A DNA stretch of 64,000 nucleotides from Octopus vulgaris (GCA_951406725.2 OX597833.1:39494001-39558000); one strand, 5' to 3'; counted from the first letter of the stretch, positions 1-12,065 are shown. Numbers and translations: made by a program. Notes: a model not told the origin generated them from the sequence alone.

Positions 1-36
1 TTCATCATTTTGTCCACAAATTCTGGACTTATCACC

Positions 37-80
<44 letters not shown>

Positions 81-83
<3 letters not shown>

Positions 84-209
84 TTTCTTCCTTTTTTTCC
101 TTCTTTCAAATTTGCTTCCATTTCTTGCCGAGTGTCTTCCCAACTCCTAGGGCAAAGAAACTCATAGTATACATTGGTAGGCCATTAAACTAAACTCACT
201 AGTTCGTTC
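81..209 (-). mobile_element. Probable 3' UTR remnant of an R4/Dong-clade LINE
   Basis: Minus strand reads ccctaggagttgggaagacactcggcaag...aaaaat then (AAT)n. This resembles R4/Dong 3' UTRs and has the same orientation and (TAA)n context as the neighbouring copies. No coding part remains. Confidence 0.4.
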
Positions 210-228
210 ATTTTTTTTTTTAAGTTAA

Positions 229-462
229 ATTAAAATACATGGGTAGTAATAGTTCTTTTTTTAATTTTTTTTCTAAGTTAAATTAAAATACATGGGTAGT
301 AATAGTTCTGTTAAAATACATGGGTAGTAATAGTTCTGTTAAAATACATGGGTAGTAATAGTTCTTTAAAATACATGGGTAGTAATAGTTCTTTAAAATA
401 CATGGGTAGTAATAGTTCTTTAAAATACATGGGTAGTAATAGTTCTTTAAAATACATGGGTA
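229..462. repeat. 27-28 bp minisatellite (ttaaaatacatgggtagtaatagttct), about 7 copies
   Basis: Directly visible head-to-tail units without spacers. The first copy is separated from the rest by a short T-rich stretch. Confidence 0.95.
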
Positions 463-489
463 ATTATTATCATTATTATTATTATTATT

Positions 490-950
490 CAGTAGTTTTA
501 TTTTTATAGCGTGCTTACACTTCACTACCGAGCGCAGCTCTGTGTGCCTTGGGTATGTGCTGTGATTTGTTGTGATGCTCTGATGGTTATTGTATGGAAA
601 GTGTTCTGCGTAGGATGTGTGCAGTGCCTAGTAGTGCAATTTTCTGTATGTTATATGTGTTTGTAAGTCCTGGTGTTTTTGTTATGTATTTGTCTGAATA
701 TTTTTTTATCATGCCTAATGCACCTACTATGATAGGAATTGTTTCTGTTTTCAGGTTCCACATTCTAGTTACCTCTATTTCCAGGTCTTTGTATTTTGAG
801 AGTTTCTCCATTTCTTTTAGAGACACGTTGTCATCTGCCGGTATTGATACATCAATTAGAAAGCATTTTTTTTTCTTCATGATCTCTGACAACTATATCT
901 GGTTTGTTGGCCTTAATTTCTCTATCTGTGTGTATCGGCATATCCCAGAG
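490..950 (-). mobile_element. 5'-truncated R4/Dong-clade non-LTR retrotransposon (restriction-like endonuclease C-terminus plus 3' UTR)
   Basis: Frameshifted ILWDMPIHTDREIKANKPDIVV...CFLIDVSIPADDNVSLKEMEKLSKYKDL...IPIIVGALG...IQKIALLGTAHILRR (PD..D RLE motif). Flanked on both sides by (ATT)n. Confidence 0.9.
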
Positions 951-970
951 TATTATTATTATTATTATTA

Positions 971-1028
<58 letters not shown>

Positions 1029-1056
1029 CATTATTATTATTATTATCATTATTATT

Positions 1057-1213
1057 CAGTAGTTTTATCTTTATAGCATGATTTCACTTCACTACTGAGC
1101 GCAGCTCTGTGTGCCTTGGGTATGTGCTGTGGTTTGCTGTGATGCTCTTATGGTTACTGTATGGAAAGTAGGATGTGTGCAGTGCCCAGTAGGGCAATTT
1201 TCTGTATGTTATG

Positions 1214-1216
<3 letters not shown>
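1057..1216 (-). mobile_element. Second, shorter copy of the same R4/Dong 3' end
   Basis: Closely similar to 490-660, with the same 3' terminus (cagtagtttt on + strand). Embedded in (ATT)n. Confidence 0.9.
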
Positions 1217-1246
<30 letters not shown>

Positions 1247-1383
1247 GTCTGTCATGGTCAGCTTTGTCTGTTATCCTTTTGAGGTCAATAAAAGTATCAA
1301 CTTAGTAGTGGGGGTTAATGTAATTGACTTTCTCCTCTTCTCAAAAAACTACTGGCCCTGTGCCAAAACATTTAAAACCATTA

Positions 1384-1447
<64 letters not shown>

Positions 1448-2096
1448 CTGTTTATCACAGGTTTTGTTGGAGCTCCTGGAGTCTTGCATGCATAGCAGGC
1501 TTACTACCTACAGCTGCCTATGGCACCATGTTATTCAGTTTTTTTCAGCTATTTAATACTTCCCTGATTATTCTGGCTGTGCCAAGGAGGCAAATCTTTT
1601 GTAACGGTTCCACTGGGCATTCTATTCCAGTTTCCTTTATATTTCTCTTGATGCCTTCTGATACTGTTCCCAAGGACCCAACAATAATTGTCACTATCAT
1701 TACCATCTTCATTTTCCGTAGCCGGGCTATTTCGTACTTAAGAGGGTTGTATCTATCTTTTCACCTTCCTCCTTGACTATTCATGGGTCAAAGGGGCATG
1801 CAATGTCAACTATATAGCATATGTGGTGCACCTTGTCCATTACTGCTAGATCCAGTCTGTTATGCTCTAGCACCTGATTTGTTTAAATTGGGAAATCCCA
1901 GAGGATTTTGTTAGTCTCTGACTCTGCCAATCTCTGTGGTATGAGCACAAACCACATCTTGCCTCTCTCTAGCTCCCCACTTTTTACACAGTTTCCAATG
2001 GAGTACTTTTGCTACTTGGTCATGCTAGCATACCTTGTAGTGGTTTTGGGCAAGTCTAGGGCAATCGTTCATGATATGGGCAATGGTTTCTTCCAC
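1448..2096 (-). mobile_element. 5'-truncated R4/Dong LINE of a different subfamily (zinc-knuckle end plus RLE), degenerate
   Basis: Minus-strand translation ETIAHIMNDC...HDQVAKVLHWKLC...KILWDFPI...NRLDLAV...IVDIACPFD...IIVGSLG...LQKICLLGTARIIR, with stops and frameshifts. (ATT)n on both sides. Confidence 0.88.
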
Positions 2097-2159
2097 TTAT
2101 TATTATTGTTGCTATTGTTGTTGTTGTTGTTGTTGTTATCATCATCATCATCATCATCA

Positions 2160-2220
<61 letters not shown>

Positions 2221-2240
2221 CTTCATCATCATCATCATCA

Positions 2241-2299
<59 letters not shown>

Positions 2300-2461
2300 A
2301 TGACTGAAATTAGAAATAAAGTTTTAGTTTTCATCAATAGATTTGAATTTATTCAATAAATATTTGTAGACGTCTTTTTATTTCTTTGACTAAGTAACAC
2401 TAAATTTGTTTTGTGATGGCTTTATAATAAAATTGTTTATTGTTTCATTTCTTTGATTTCG

Positions 2462-2492
<31 letters not shown>

Positions 2493-2809
2493 GTCATCAT
2501 CATCATCATTTAATGTCCAATCTCCATGCTGGCCTGGCAAGCGTTGGAAGGTTTGACAGGAGCTGGCTAGCCAGAGAGCTCTCCAGGTACCAGTTGGATG
2601 TTTAGCATGGTTTCTATGGCTTGATGCCCTTCCTAACACTGACTACATCAAAGAGAATGCTTGGTGCTTTCAACATGCTACCAGCATGGGAATGGTTATT
2701 CTTAATTCTTTTTTTTTTTTTTTTTTGGTGGTGGGGTCATTAGAAAACATATCCAGCTGTAGAAACCACACCAAATCAGACAATAGAGCTTGGCATAGTC
2801 CCCAGACTT

Positions 2810-3152
2810 GAAGGTGCGTGGCTCAGTGGTTAGAACATCGAGCTTACGATCGTGAGGTTGTGAGCTCGAATCCCGGACTGGGCTGCGTGTTGTGTTCTTG
2901 AGCAAGACACTTTATTTCACATTGCTCCAGTTCACTCAGCTGTAGAAATGAGTTGTGACGTCACAGGTGCCAAGCTGTATCGGCCCTTGCCTTTCCCTTG
3001 GACAACATCGGTGACGTGGAGAGGGGAGGCCGGTATGCATGGGCAACTGCTGGTCTTCCATAAAACAACCTTGCCCAGACCTGTGCCTCAGAGGGTAACT
3101 CTCTAGGTGCAAACCCATGGTCAGTGTCTGACCGAAGGGTGTCACAGTATAT
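2810..3152 (+). mobile_element. tRNA-derived SINE (family C) with 15-bp TSD, nested in an older (GAT)n-tailed SINE
   Basis: A-box tggctcagtgg and B-box-like gagctcgaatccc. TSD atagtccccagactt at 2795-2809 and 3153-3167. Related copies at 25850, 25232 and 54915. Confidence 0.9.
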
Positions 3153-3685
3153 ATAGTCCCCAGACTTACTGGCTCTTATCAAACCATCCAACAAATGCCA
3201 GCATGGAAAATGGATGTTAAATGATAATGTTGAGGAAGATTTTTATTGGCTGAAGAAATTATAATATCCGAAGTATTCATGGCTGGCTGCCTGATCCAAA
3301 CATAGATCCATTTTAAAATCTAATTTCCAATGGTCTCTTAAAAGAACTATCTATAATGAAGACCATAAATGGTCTGCTATTGGGTCTTTTATTAAAATGT
3401 CTGTACATTGGGGAATCGGGTACTTCATGGAAATTGAAATTTTGCTGATGGCATCGAAAAGATATTCTCCTATTTTTATGCTGTTTTTTTTTGCTTTATT
3501 TTTTATTTTGAAATCAGTTTTGCTAATTTTCTAAAATGGATGATGTGCAATAAAATTGTATTTTAGGAATTTGATTTCTTTAAAAGAATTTTATATTTTT
3601 ATTGTCATCTTTAAATTTTTTTCCTTCTTTGTTTTTTGAAGGAAGAAGTGATATAAATATTTATTAAATAAGAAATAGATTTATA

Positions 3686-3723
<38 letters not shown>

Positions 3724-3936
3724 ACATATGCATATATATGTATGTATAATATATATATATATATATATAGATAGATAGATAAATGCATGCATATATGCAT
3801 ACATATATATATATGTATATATATATATACACACACACACATATATATACATATGTACATATACATAGATACATATAGACACACGTATATATAGATATAT
3901 ACATATATATATATATGTATGTATGTGCATATGTAC

Positions 3937-3967
<31 letters not shown>

Positions 3968-3989
3968 TGTATAATATAGTATATGAATA

Positions 3990-5550
3990 TACAACATGTA
4001 ACAGGTAAATTGGGACCATTTAAATATCTTTAAACTGTTATAACTTAGAAAAAAATCAAATATGGCAAATTTTATGTTTATGCCAATTTATTGTGGAGTG
4101 TTTAACACTTATCTCAGTTCAATTTGACCACCATTTGCTGTCTTTACTAGTTCAATCCATTTATGAAATGATGTGCATGCCTTAGCTATTTCTTCTTTTT
4201 CCATTTTACTGAATGCTCAATTGATTGAAGCCTTCAGTAAAGACACTCAGTTGAGAGAACTTGCAATAGATATTGCTTCATCTGTGCCCCATAGCCAAAA
4301 ATCACAGTTTCAAATCTGGTGAGTTAAAGGACCAGATATTTATAGAGACTAACATGAGAAATACCTCCTTCAAAAATTCTTGAACTCTTTTCAACTTGCA
4401 TCATAATGCTTCCTAATCTAAGGCAACAAAACTTCTAAGATTTTGAAATACTTTGCTGTGTTGAATTTAAGATCCACTTCAATAAAATGAGGAGGCATCA
4501 ATTTCTCATCACTTGCAACGGCTCCAAAGACCATATTGGAAGCCAGATTCTTGCTATGCATAGCTGAAGGAACTTGAGAAAGGTCATTTGTTATCTCTTA
4601 GTCTATCATGAACTTTTTCATCCATGAAGATCCAGATGTTTCCACCACAATGTTTCAGGTGATTAAGAAGTTTGGAATTTCTTTTAGCTTGAATGGTTTG
4701 GAAGTGGGTAGTTAGATTGTTATGGAGTTTTCTCAAGTACAATTTCATATGGTGGTCTTGTCTCACAGCCCTAGAAATGGTCATTTTATTGATTCATCGA
4801 TTTGAGCCAACTTTGTCATCAGTTTTGACGGGTTCAACTCAATCAATCTTTTAAATCCTGCTAAGAAGTGAGATCACTGAGAAGACTGTGAGGCTTTCTC
4901 TGAACATCCTGGCTACAACTCTAAAATCAGTAGATTTGGCATGCGGAATACGATTGAAGCTATCAATACCTGGGCGGTTTCACTCCTTAGATATGGAGCA
5001 GGAGTAATCACATGGACAGTATCTACTGTCCATGTGATTACTCCTAACTAAACAGCTTAGACAGAAAGACAAGAAAGTTGATGACTAGATATGGGATACT
5101 CCACCCAGAAAGTGACACAGACAGACTGTATGTACCAAGAAAAAGAGGAGGAAGAGGACTTATTGGATGTGAACACAGCATTAGAACAGAAGAAAACAAC
5201 ATAGCATGGTATGTAAAAAATGCCACAGAACTGCTATTATTAGAAGTAAGAACATCAGGCTTGTGTAGGATGTAAGATTGCAAAGATAAAGCACTATACA
5301 AAAAACTGAAAACGAATGAAACTGAAAATGGGTGAGCTACAACTCTAAAATCAGTAGATTTGGCATACTTTGTGGCTCTAACAATTTCCCCAGTACTTTT
5401 GCCAGTGCAGAATAATTCAGCAATTACACTTTCACAGTTTAATTCTTTATTAACGTTCATAATTTGGTCAATCACAAATAAAAAATAGTGCAAGTGATTA
5501 TTCAAGCTGCTAATATTTAAAATTTAAACGCCAACAAAATCTATACAATC
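3990..5550 (-). mobile_element. Degenerate Tc1/mariner transposon, maT (DD37D)-like, interrupted by a LINE fragment
   Basis: N-terminus MNVNKELNCESVIAELFCTGKSTGEIVRATKYAKST, IWIFMDEK, and C-terminus WSFNSPDL..CDFWLWG...AKACTSFHKWIELVKTANGGQIE. Only one TIR-like end (tacaacatgtaacaggtaaattgggacc) is seen. Confidence 0.8.
4943..5335 (+). mobile_element. Internal R4/Dong RT-thumb fragment flanked by a 31-bp direct duplication
   Basis: IEAINTWAVSLLRYGAG...MTRYGILHPESDTDRLYVPRKRGGRGLIG, same family as 7420-7785. Duplication gctacaactctaaaatcagtagatttggcat at 4912-4942 and 5336-5366. Confidence 0.92.
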
Positions 5551-5912
5551 AGAAATATACCCAGTTGGAACTTGTGTGTGTATGCGTATGTATGCATACA
5601 TTTCACTTCATATTATGTATAATTTAGAAATTAAATAAGATCTAATCAATGAGAAACATGCTGATGTGTTATGATAAAGTGTTGATGTAAAAATATGTAA
5701 AATTGATTGTAATTTCATTTGTAATAATCTGAGATATTTATTAATAGTTCTAGAAATATGGAAAAAAAGTTACCACATGTTGAACCAAAAAAGTCTTAAT
5801 ATAATTTTGTTAATTCATCCTGTCTGTTGAAGTTAACATTACTCTAAATTAACTAATTAATATCAACATTTCTCTCATTTCTGTTTAAAGCCTCCTCCCC
5901 ATCTCCTCCATT

Positions 5913-6311
5913 TTGTTGTTGTTGTTGTTGTTGTTGTTATTCTTCTTCTTCTTCTTCTTCTTCTTCTTTTTCTTCTTCTTCTTCTCCTTCTTCTTCTTCT
6001 TGTTCTTCTTCTTCTCCTCCTCCTTTCTTCTTGTTCTTCTTGTTATTCTTCTTGTTGTTCTTCTTCTTCCCTTCTTCCCCTCCTCCTCCCCCTCCTACTT
6101 GTTCTTCTTCTTCTTCTTCTTCTTCTTCTTCTTCTTCTTCTTCTTCTTCCCCTCCCCTCCTTCTTGTTCTTGTTCTTGTTCTTTTTCTTCTTCTTCTTCT
6201 TCTTTTTCTTCTTCTTCTTCTTCTTCTTCTTCTTCTTCTTCTTCTTCCCTTCCCCTCCTTCTTGTTCTTGTTCTTCTTCTTCTTCTTCTTCTTCTTCTTC
6301 TTCTTCTTCTT

Positions 6312-6340
<29 letters not shown>
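5913..6340. repeat. Compound (TTG)n/(TTC)n/(TCC)n polypyrimidine microsatellite
   Basis: Directly visible. Confidence 0.97.
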
Positions 6341-6341
<1 letters not shown>

Positions 6342-6342
<1 letters not shown>

Positions 6343-6556
6343 AGGTGGCAAGCTAGCAGAATTGTTAGCATGCCAGGTGAAAGGCTTAGCAGTGTTTTGT
6401 CCATCTTCACATTCTGACTTCAATTTCTGCTGAGGTCAGCTTTGCATTTCATCCTTTCAGCTCAACAAATTAAGTACCAGTTGAGTACTGGGGTCAATGT
6501 AATCGACTTAACCTCTCACCCCCAAATTTCAGGTCTTGTGCCTTCAGTAGAAAGAA
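6342..6556 (+). mobile_element. SINE family B (aaggcggcgagctggcagaatcgttagc head, ATT tail)
   Basis: Shared head and central gtcgactttgcctttcatcctt...aagtaccag block. Recurs at about 1255, 9880, 12066(-), 41488(-), 54545(-), 57286, 57570 and 58400. Confidence 0.85.
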
Positions 6557-6581
6557 TTATTGCTATTATTATTATTATTAT

Positions 6582-8493
6582 CAATTGTCTTTGCACTGCT
6601 TCTAATGCTGGAGATGTACTATGGTGCCAGCTGTTCACTACAAGTGAACTAAGGTAACAACCCTTATTTTTTCAGCACCATCCAGAGTATTCAAGCAGTC
6701 CCAAGCAGTGCTGTTTTCTGCAAGTGTTCCACCCTTATTGCAGCCTCTATTTGTTCCATGTACTTCTCAAGACTTTTACTGTTGCCAGGGCTCCAGTAAT
6801 TATTGGTACTATTACCACCATTTTTTCATTGACTACAACTGCTTAACCTCCCAAGCTAACCTGTCATATCTATCGACTTTTCTTTCTTCCTTACTGCATA
6901 CCTTGTTGTCAGCTGGGCATGCTATATCTATGATCCTGCATTGTTTGCTTTCTTTCTCAATTAACACTATGTCTGACTCCCTATTCTCTATCTCATGGTT
7001 GCACTGAATCATAAAATCCCATAGGATTTTTGCATTATCATTTTCAATGATGCCTTCAGGTTCATGTTTGTACCACTTTTTGCTCTGTCATGTCCATACT
7101 TGTTGCAAAGTATCCAATGAACAATCCATGCTATATTGTTATAACATCTCTTATATTCTTTCTGGGCTAGTAGCATACATTGATAGGTAATATGCCATAT
7201 GGTTTCACCATTTTCTCCACAGATTCTGCATTTATCACTTTCTGATGTGTTGTCTATTCTGTTTTTAACACAATTCATTCTTAGTGTTTGCTCTTGGGCA
7301 GCACTGATTAGAGCCTCCATTTCTGGTCTTAAATCACTTTTAGTCATTCACAGCCATCTTTTTTCTCTGTCTGTCTTATCTTCAACATCCCTATGAAATT
7401 GACCATGCATTCTTTTCTTTACCCACCCATTTTCAGTTTCATTCATTTTCAATTTCTTGTATAGTGCTTTATCTTTGCAATCTTTCATCCTACACAAGCC
7501 TTCTTACGTCTAATAATAGCCGTTCTGTGGCATTTTTTATATACCATGCTATGTTGTTTTCTTCTTCTCTAATGCTCTATTTGCATCCAATAAGTCCTCT
7601 TCCCCTTCTTTTTCTTGGTAAATACAGTCTTTCTATGTCACTTTCTGAGTGGAGTATCCCATATCTAGTCATCAACTTTCTTGTCTTTCTGTCTAAGCTG
7701 TTTAGTTCATCTACTGTCCATGTGATTAATCCTGCTTCATATCTAAGGAGTGAAACCGCCCAGGTGTTGATAGCTTCAATCTTATCCTGTTTGTATAATT
7801 TTGACTTAAGGACCAATTTCAGTCTGCGCAAGTACTCCACCTTAAATTTTGCTGTCATTTCTTTCTCCATCAATTTATCCATTTCCAATATCACCAAGTA
7901 CTTATAGCCCATCTCTTCTATCTGCTTCATAAACTCCCCCAACGGTATCACCAGCACGTCCATACATTTGATTTTGCCTCTCTTCAAGACTAACATACCA
8001 TACTTTTTCAATCTGAACTCCATTCTGATATCAGTACTGAAAGTATACACTGTATCAATGATGGAACTGACTTGAGATTCATCTTTACCATAAAGTTTGA
8101 GGTCATCTATGAATAACAAATGGTCGACTTTTTGTTTGCAGCTTTGAATACATACCCAGCTTTTTCTTTCCTCAGAATCAGTGTTAGTGGCATTATACAT
8201 CGTACAAAGATCAGTGGAGGCAGGCAGTCCCCTTGGAAGATGCCTCTCCTGATTTCTATTGTCCCTAAACTTCTTCCATATGCTGTCAGTTCCATCTTCC
8301 AATTTGCCATACTTTTTCCAAGCAATCGCTCAACATTTGATGCAATACCAAATAGGTTTATACATTTCATTATCCAAGAGTGTGGGATCATATACGATAG
8401 TCGATCCATGACATGGCTAAGTTACTATTCCTTCGCTTGCAGTCTCTAAGTACAGTTTTGTCTACCAGGAGTTGATCCTCGGTACCTCTGCAC
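6582..8493 (-). pseudogene. R4/Dong-clade LINE, 1.9-kb 5'-truncated copy (RT, CCHC knuckle, RLE, 3' UTR), disabled
   Basis: [12 protein letters not shown]...WIDY...IPHSW...RRGIFQGD...HLLFIDDLKLY...YKYL...CRICGENGETIWHITYQC...LQKTALLGTA. Multiple frameshifts and stops. The 3' end abuts (ATT)n. Confidence 0.95.
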
Positions 8494-9790
8494 TAGGTAG
8501 GCTGGGCTCAACAACCTTGATTGGCAACCAGCTTAAGAGAAGGACAACTCTGACTCTGAGCCCAGGCAGGTTTACTAGATCTATCTTCTTGGAGAGAGAA
8601 ACTGTCAACATAACACTTACACATCAAGGACTTCACTGTCACTGTTTCAGCTTTCTATGTCATTACAGATGAGCCTCAAATGCTAAGGGCACAGCCAGTA
8701 CTGTGCAGACTGCGTTTCATCTATAAATCTATTGTACAGGCTAAATGATATGCCAATAACTAAGCTTATCCTTCCAAATTATCTATCAAGCCCTACAGCA
8801 ATGAAAAAGGGGTGGAATATACAGTTCTGGTCCCACATATTCTGATCCTGCACTTCACATCAATGGATTGTTTTATGCTGACCCAGAGGCAATGAATCGC
8901 TCTGCATATTCTCGATGACTAAGCAGCCTTCTTTAAGGCTGCACGTAGCATGTGGAGATGAGCCAAAAGTGGTGGCTTAACCAAATCTCCAGTTGGCTAG
9001 GCTGCAATGAGTGAAAATCCTGAAACATAACAAAACAATGACAAAATAAAAAGTACATGGTGTCTCACACGATGTGTAAAATCTAAAGTGCCCATGCTGG
9101 AGCATCGGATCTGACTTGAAACAGTAGGCAAGAATCAGTCAGAATGATACTCTGTTCTAGTTGTGAAAGAAGTTTCATGGCTGAAAGTTACTTTGTATGA
9201 AGTTCACTTCAAGAAAAAGACACCTTACAAGAACTTGGCACTGGTTACACCGTCTATGAGTCTAGTAAATTAGAAACCAAGACACTGTTCAGGAGTTGGT
9301 TATATGATCAAAACCTCAAGTATTTCAAGGTTTGAAAAGATGACTGTTATTCCAGCAGCATCACCATTATACTTTTTTTCATTCAATCCCAGTTGCCTAT
9401 CACACTCTTCAGTATGTATGTCTTTATTCTGTAAGCAGGTCCTACAGCAAAAACAAAACAAAACAGGTTTTATATTGATTTGTACCACTACCATGGAATA
9501 GTAATATCAAAAAAAAATGTAGACAGATTCACTGAAGGACTGTGGTGGTGCTGTCAAATTGATCATTGCCAATGGTCAGCTATAGCCTCCAGTTGCTAGG
9601 TCTGGTGACACAGCATTCACTAGTGTCACTCCAAGAATATATGCAGGACTGAGCTTCAGGACACAGCCTAAACCAGCCTAACCAAAGAACCAGAATGTAT
9701 ACAGCCCATCCACTGCCAGTCCACAACTGGAAAGAGGATCAGTACTTCTTCAATGATTGTAAGTTAGACTGTGTTGGGTGGAAGAATGAT
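8494..9790 (+). mobile_element. RTE-clade LINE remnant: 5' UTR plus APE start, followed closely by ORF C-terminus (internally deleted)
   Basis: 5' UTR-like ttggcaaccagcttaagagaaggacaactctga. 9130-9330 reads ..SVLVVKEVSWL..YEVHF..LQELGTGYTVYESSK..SGVGYMIKTS (RTE APE N-terminus). 9520-9790 reads QIDHCQWSAIAS..VW*HSIH (RTE C-terminus). Confidence 0.7.
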
Positions 9791-9879
9791 ACAGCTGCAT
9801 ATAGCAAGCAACTATCGATGAAATAGCATACAGTTTGTACTGTAACCCCACTATTACACAGGCAATATTCAGAATGAGT

Positions 9880-10097
9880 AAGGTAGCTAACTGGCAGAAT
9901 CAGTACCATGTAAGGCAGAATGCTTAGTGATATTCGGTCCATCTTTATGTTCTGAGTTCAAATTCTATCAAGGTCGACTTTGCCTTTCATCCTTCTTGGA
10001 TTGATAAAATAAGTACCATTTGAGCACTAGGGCCGATGTAATTGACTTATCCCTTCCCCCAAAACTGCTGGCTTTGCACCAAAATTTGAAACCAATA
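9880..10097 (+). mobile_element. SINE family B
   Basis: Similar to 6342-6556. Confidence 0.85.
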
Positions 10098-10431
10098 TTC
10101 AGGATGTCTGCTTTCATTTAAAGCTGTTACTTCACATAAGCTTTTGGGGAAAAACTTTTGATATGATATATTTTCAATGCAAGATAATGAATTGTCAAAG
10201 CCTCAGGGCCTCTGTATCATAAATGTTTTTGTCAGTTCATGCTGTTACTTTCTTCATTTTCAACTTGAATTTCTATTGAGACTAATCTGTCAATATCACC
10301 TCTGTTTCTTTTTTATCTTCATCATGAAGAATAATCAGCATATGACAATGAAGAAGACCCCCTTTTCTGAAATTCCATAATGTGAATGTTGACAACTGTT
10401 GTTCCTTCAAATAATTCATTAAGGTAGGTTT

Positions 10432-10760
10432 AATCTTGGCACTCTGTCGGTTATGATGATAATGGTTTCTGTTGATTCAATCAATAGAGCAACCTGATCA
10501 TGAAATTAATGTGTAAATGGCTGAACATTCCACAGACACATATACCTTTAACATAGTTCTCAGGGAGATTCAGCATGACACAGAATTTGATAAGGCTGAC
10601 CCTTTGAAATACAGGTACAACTCATTTTTGCCAGCTGAGTGGGCTGGAACAGTGTGAAATAAAGTGTCTTGCTCAAAGACAGAACGTGTCACCGGGAATT
10701 GAACTGACGACCTTACGATTGTGAGCTGAATACTCTAAACACCAAGCCCTGCACCTTCGC
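10432..10760 (-). mobile_element. tRNA-derived SINE (family C-type head, different tail)
   Basis: Reverse-strand tRNA-like head and tttgagcaagacact block. Imperfect 12-bp TSD taaggtagg(t/c)tt at 10420 and 10761. Confidence 0.8.
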
Positions 10761-12065
10761 TAAGGTAGGCTTGACACACCTGAGGTATTAGGTCTGGTTA
10801 TTTTTTCCTAATTTCATTTCTTTTGACATTGTTTATAATCTCTGGATTATAATCTTTTGGATTATAGATGTATATTAGAAAGTGAAACTAGCTGTTCATT
10901 GTTATTGTTGCTTGAGCATCTAAGAAGTATTAGTTCTTCTTACATGGATTTCGAAAGAAAAAAGAAAGAAGTATAATTGATATTTTGGATTTAAGTTCTA
11001 GTGTTGGTAACTGTTGACTTGCAGCTGTGATTGATTGTTTCTCAAAAACAAAAATACTGGGAGCTATTCATTTGACTAAAATTCTTCAAGGTGGCACTCC
11101 AGCATGGGCACAGTCTGATAACTGAAACAAGTAATGGGATAAAAATTACATCAAATGAATATTAATAAAAAAAAAGCTTTCTTGGTCTACAAATGCCACT
11201 GAAGCCATTTCTAATTGCAAAATGCTAAAAGTAGATGTCTTGCACAGTCACTTTATTTTAAATATAGGTTTATTGATTTTTCAATATGTTACATAACATT
11301 CTGCCATCCAAGCTCACAACTGAGAATAAAGTTTGACACAGAATATTTACCTTTCCTGATGATGGATTTAAACAATTATTGAAAGATTTTAGATCTGTTT
11401 ATTCTTTGTTTTAAAAACCAACAATAATAAACCTAATGTTTACTTTTCACCCAGGGAAATACTTTCAACTTCGTTTAGGAAAATAGTGTCTTTCATTTTA
11501 GTATTCCTTTATTTCTGGTGCCCATGAAAGTAAATGCATTTGCACTGACAAAATTGGTGATCCTTTGCCGCAAAATGTGAATGTTTTCCTTGCAAATTAT
11601 TATGGAAAGACATTTTCCTAGAAAACGAAGGGATGAAAATATTCAATAATGAGAATAAAATAAATAATGAACAGTTGAGTACCCAAACAAGACATTGTCA
11701 CTTCACACACAACAAGACACTTATTTATTCAATTTTAGGAGGTGTTATGCCTTTGCTAATGATGGTTTTGAACAATTATGAAAAGATATTAGATTAGATC
11801 TTTGTTCATTATGGATAACGAGGAATTTGAACAGTTATTTAAAGATATTAGGATAGATTACTTATCAAAAATAGATAAAACTGACAATTTCAACCAGGAA
11901 AATGTCTTTATGGGGTGTTTTTCTGATAAGGTAAACATTTTTACTTGTTGTCCAAATGTTAAATATAAACACATACAATGACAAGCAGTATTATACAGAT
12001 ATGGCAAAGCCTTTTGTTCATTCCTCTACCAATTCTGCTAATTCATTGGCAAAATAATAATAATA

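Noticed and set aside
229-462. CRISPR-like 27-28 bp repeats
   Set aside because: Head-to-tail units with no spacers, no cas genes, eukaryotic context.
2810-2880. tRNA gene
   Set aside because: A/B boxes are present but continue into a SINE body with a TSD, and there is no complete acceptor stem. The same holds for the other SINE heads.
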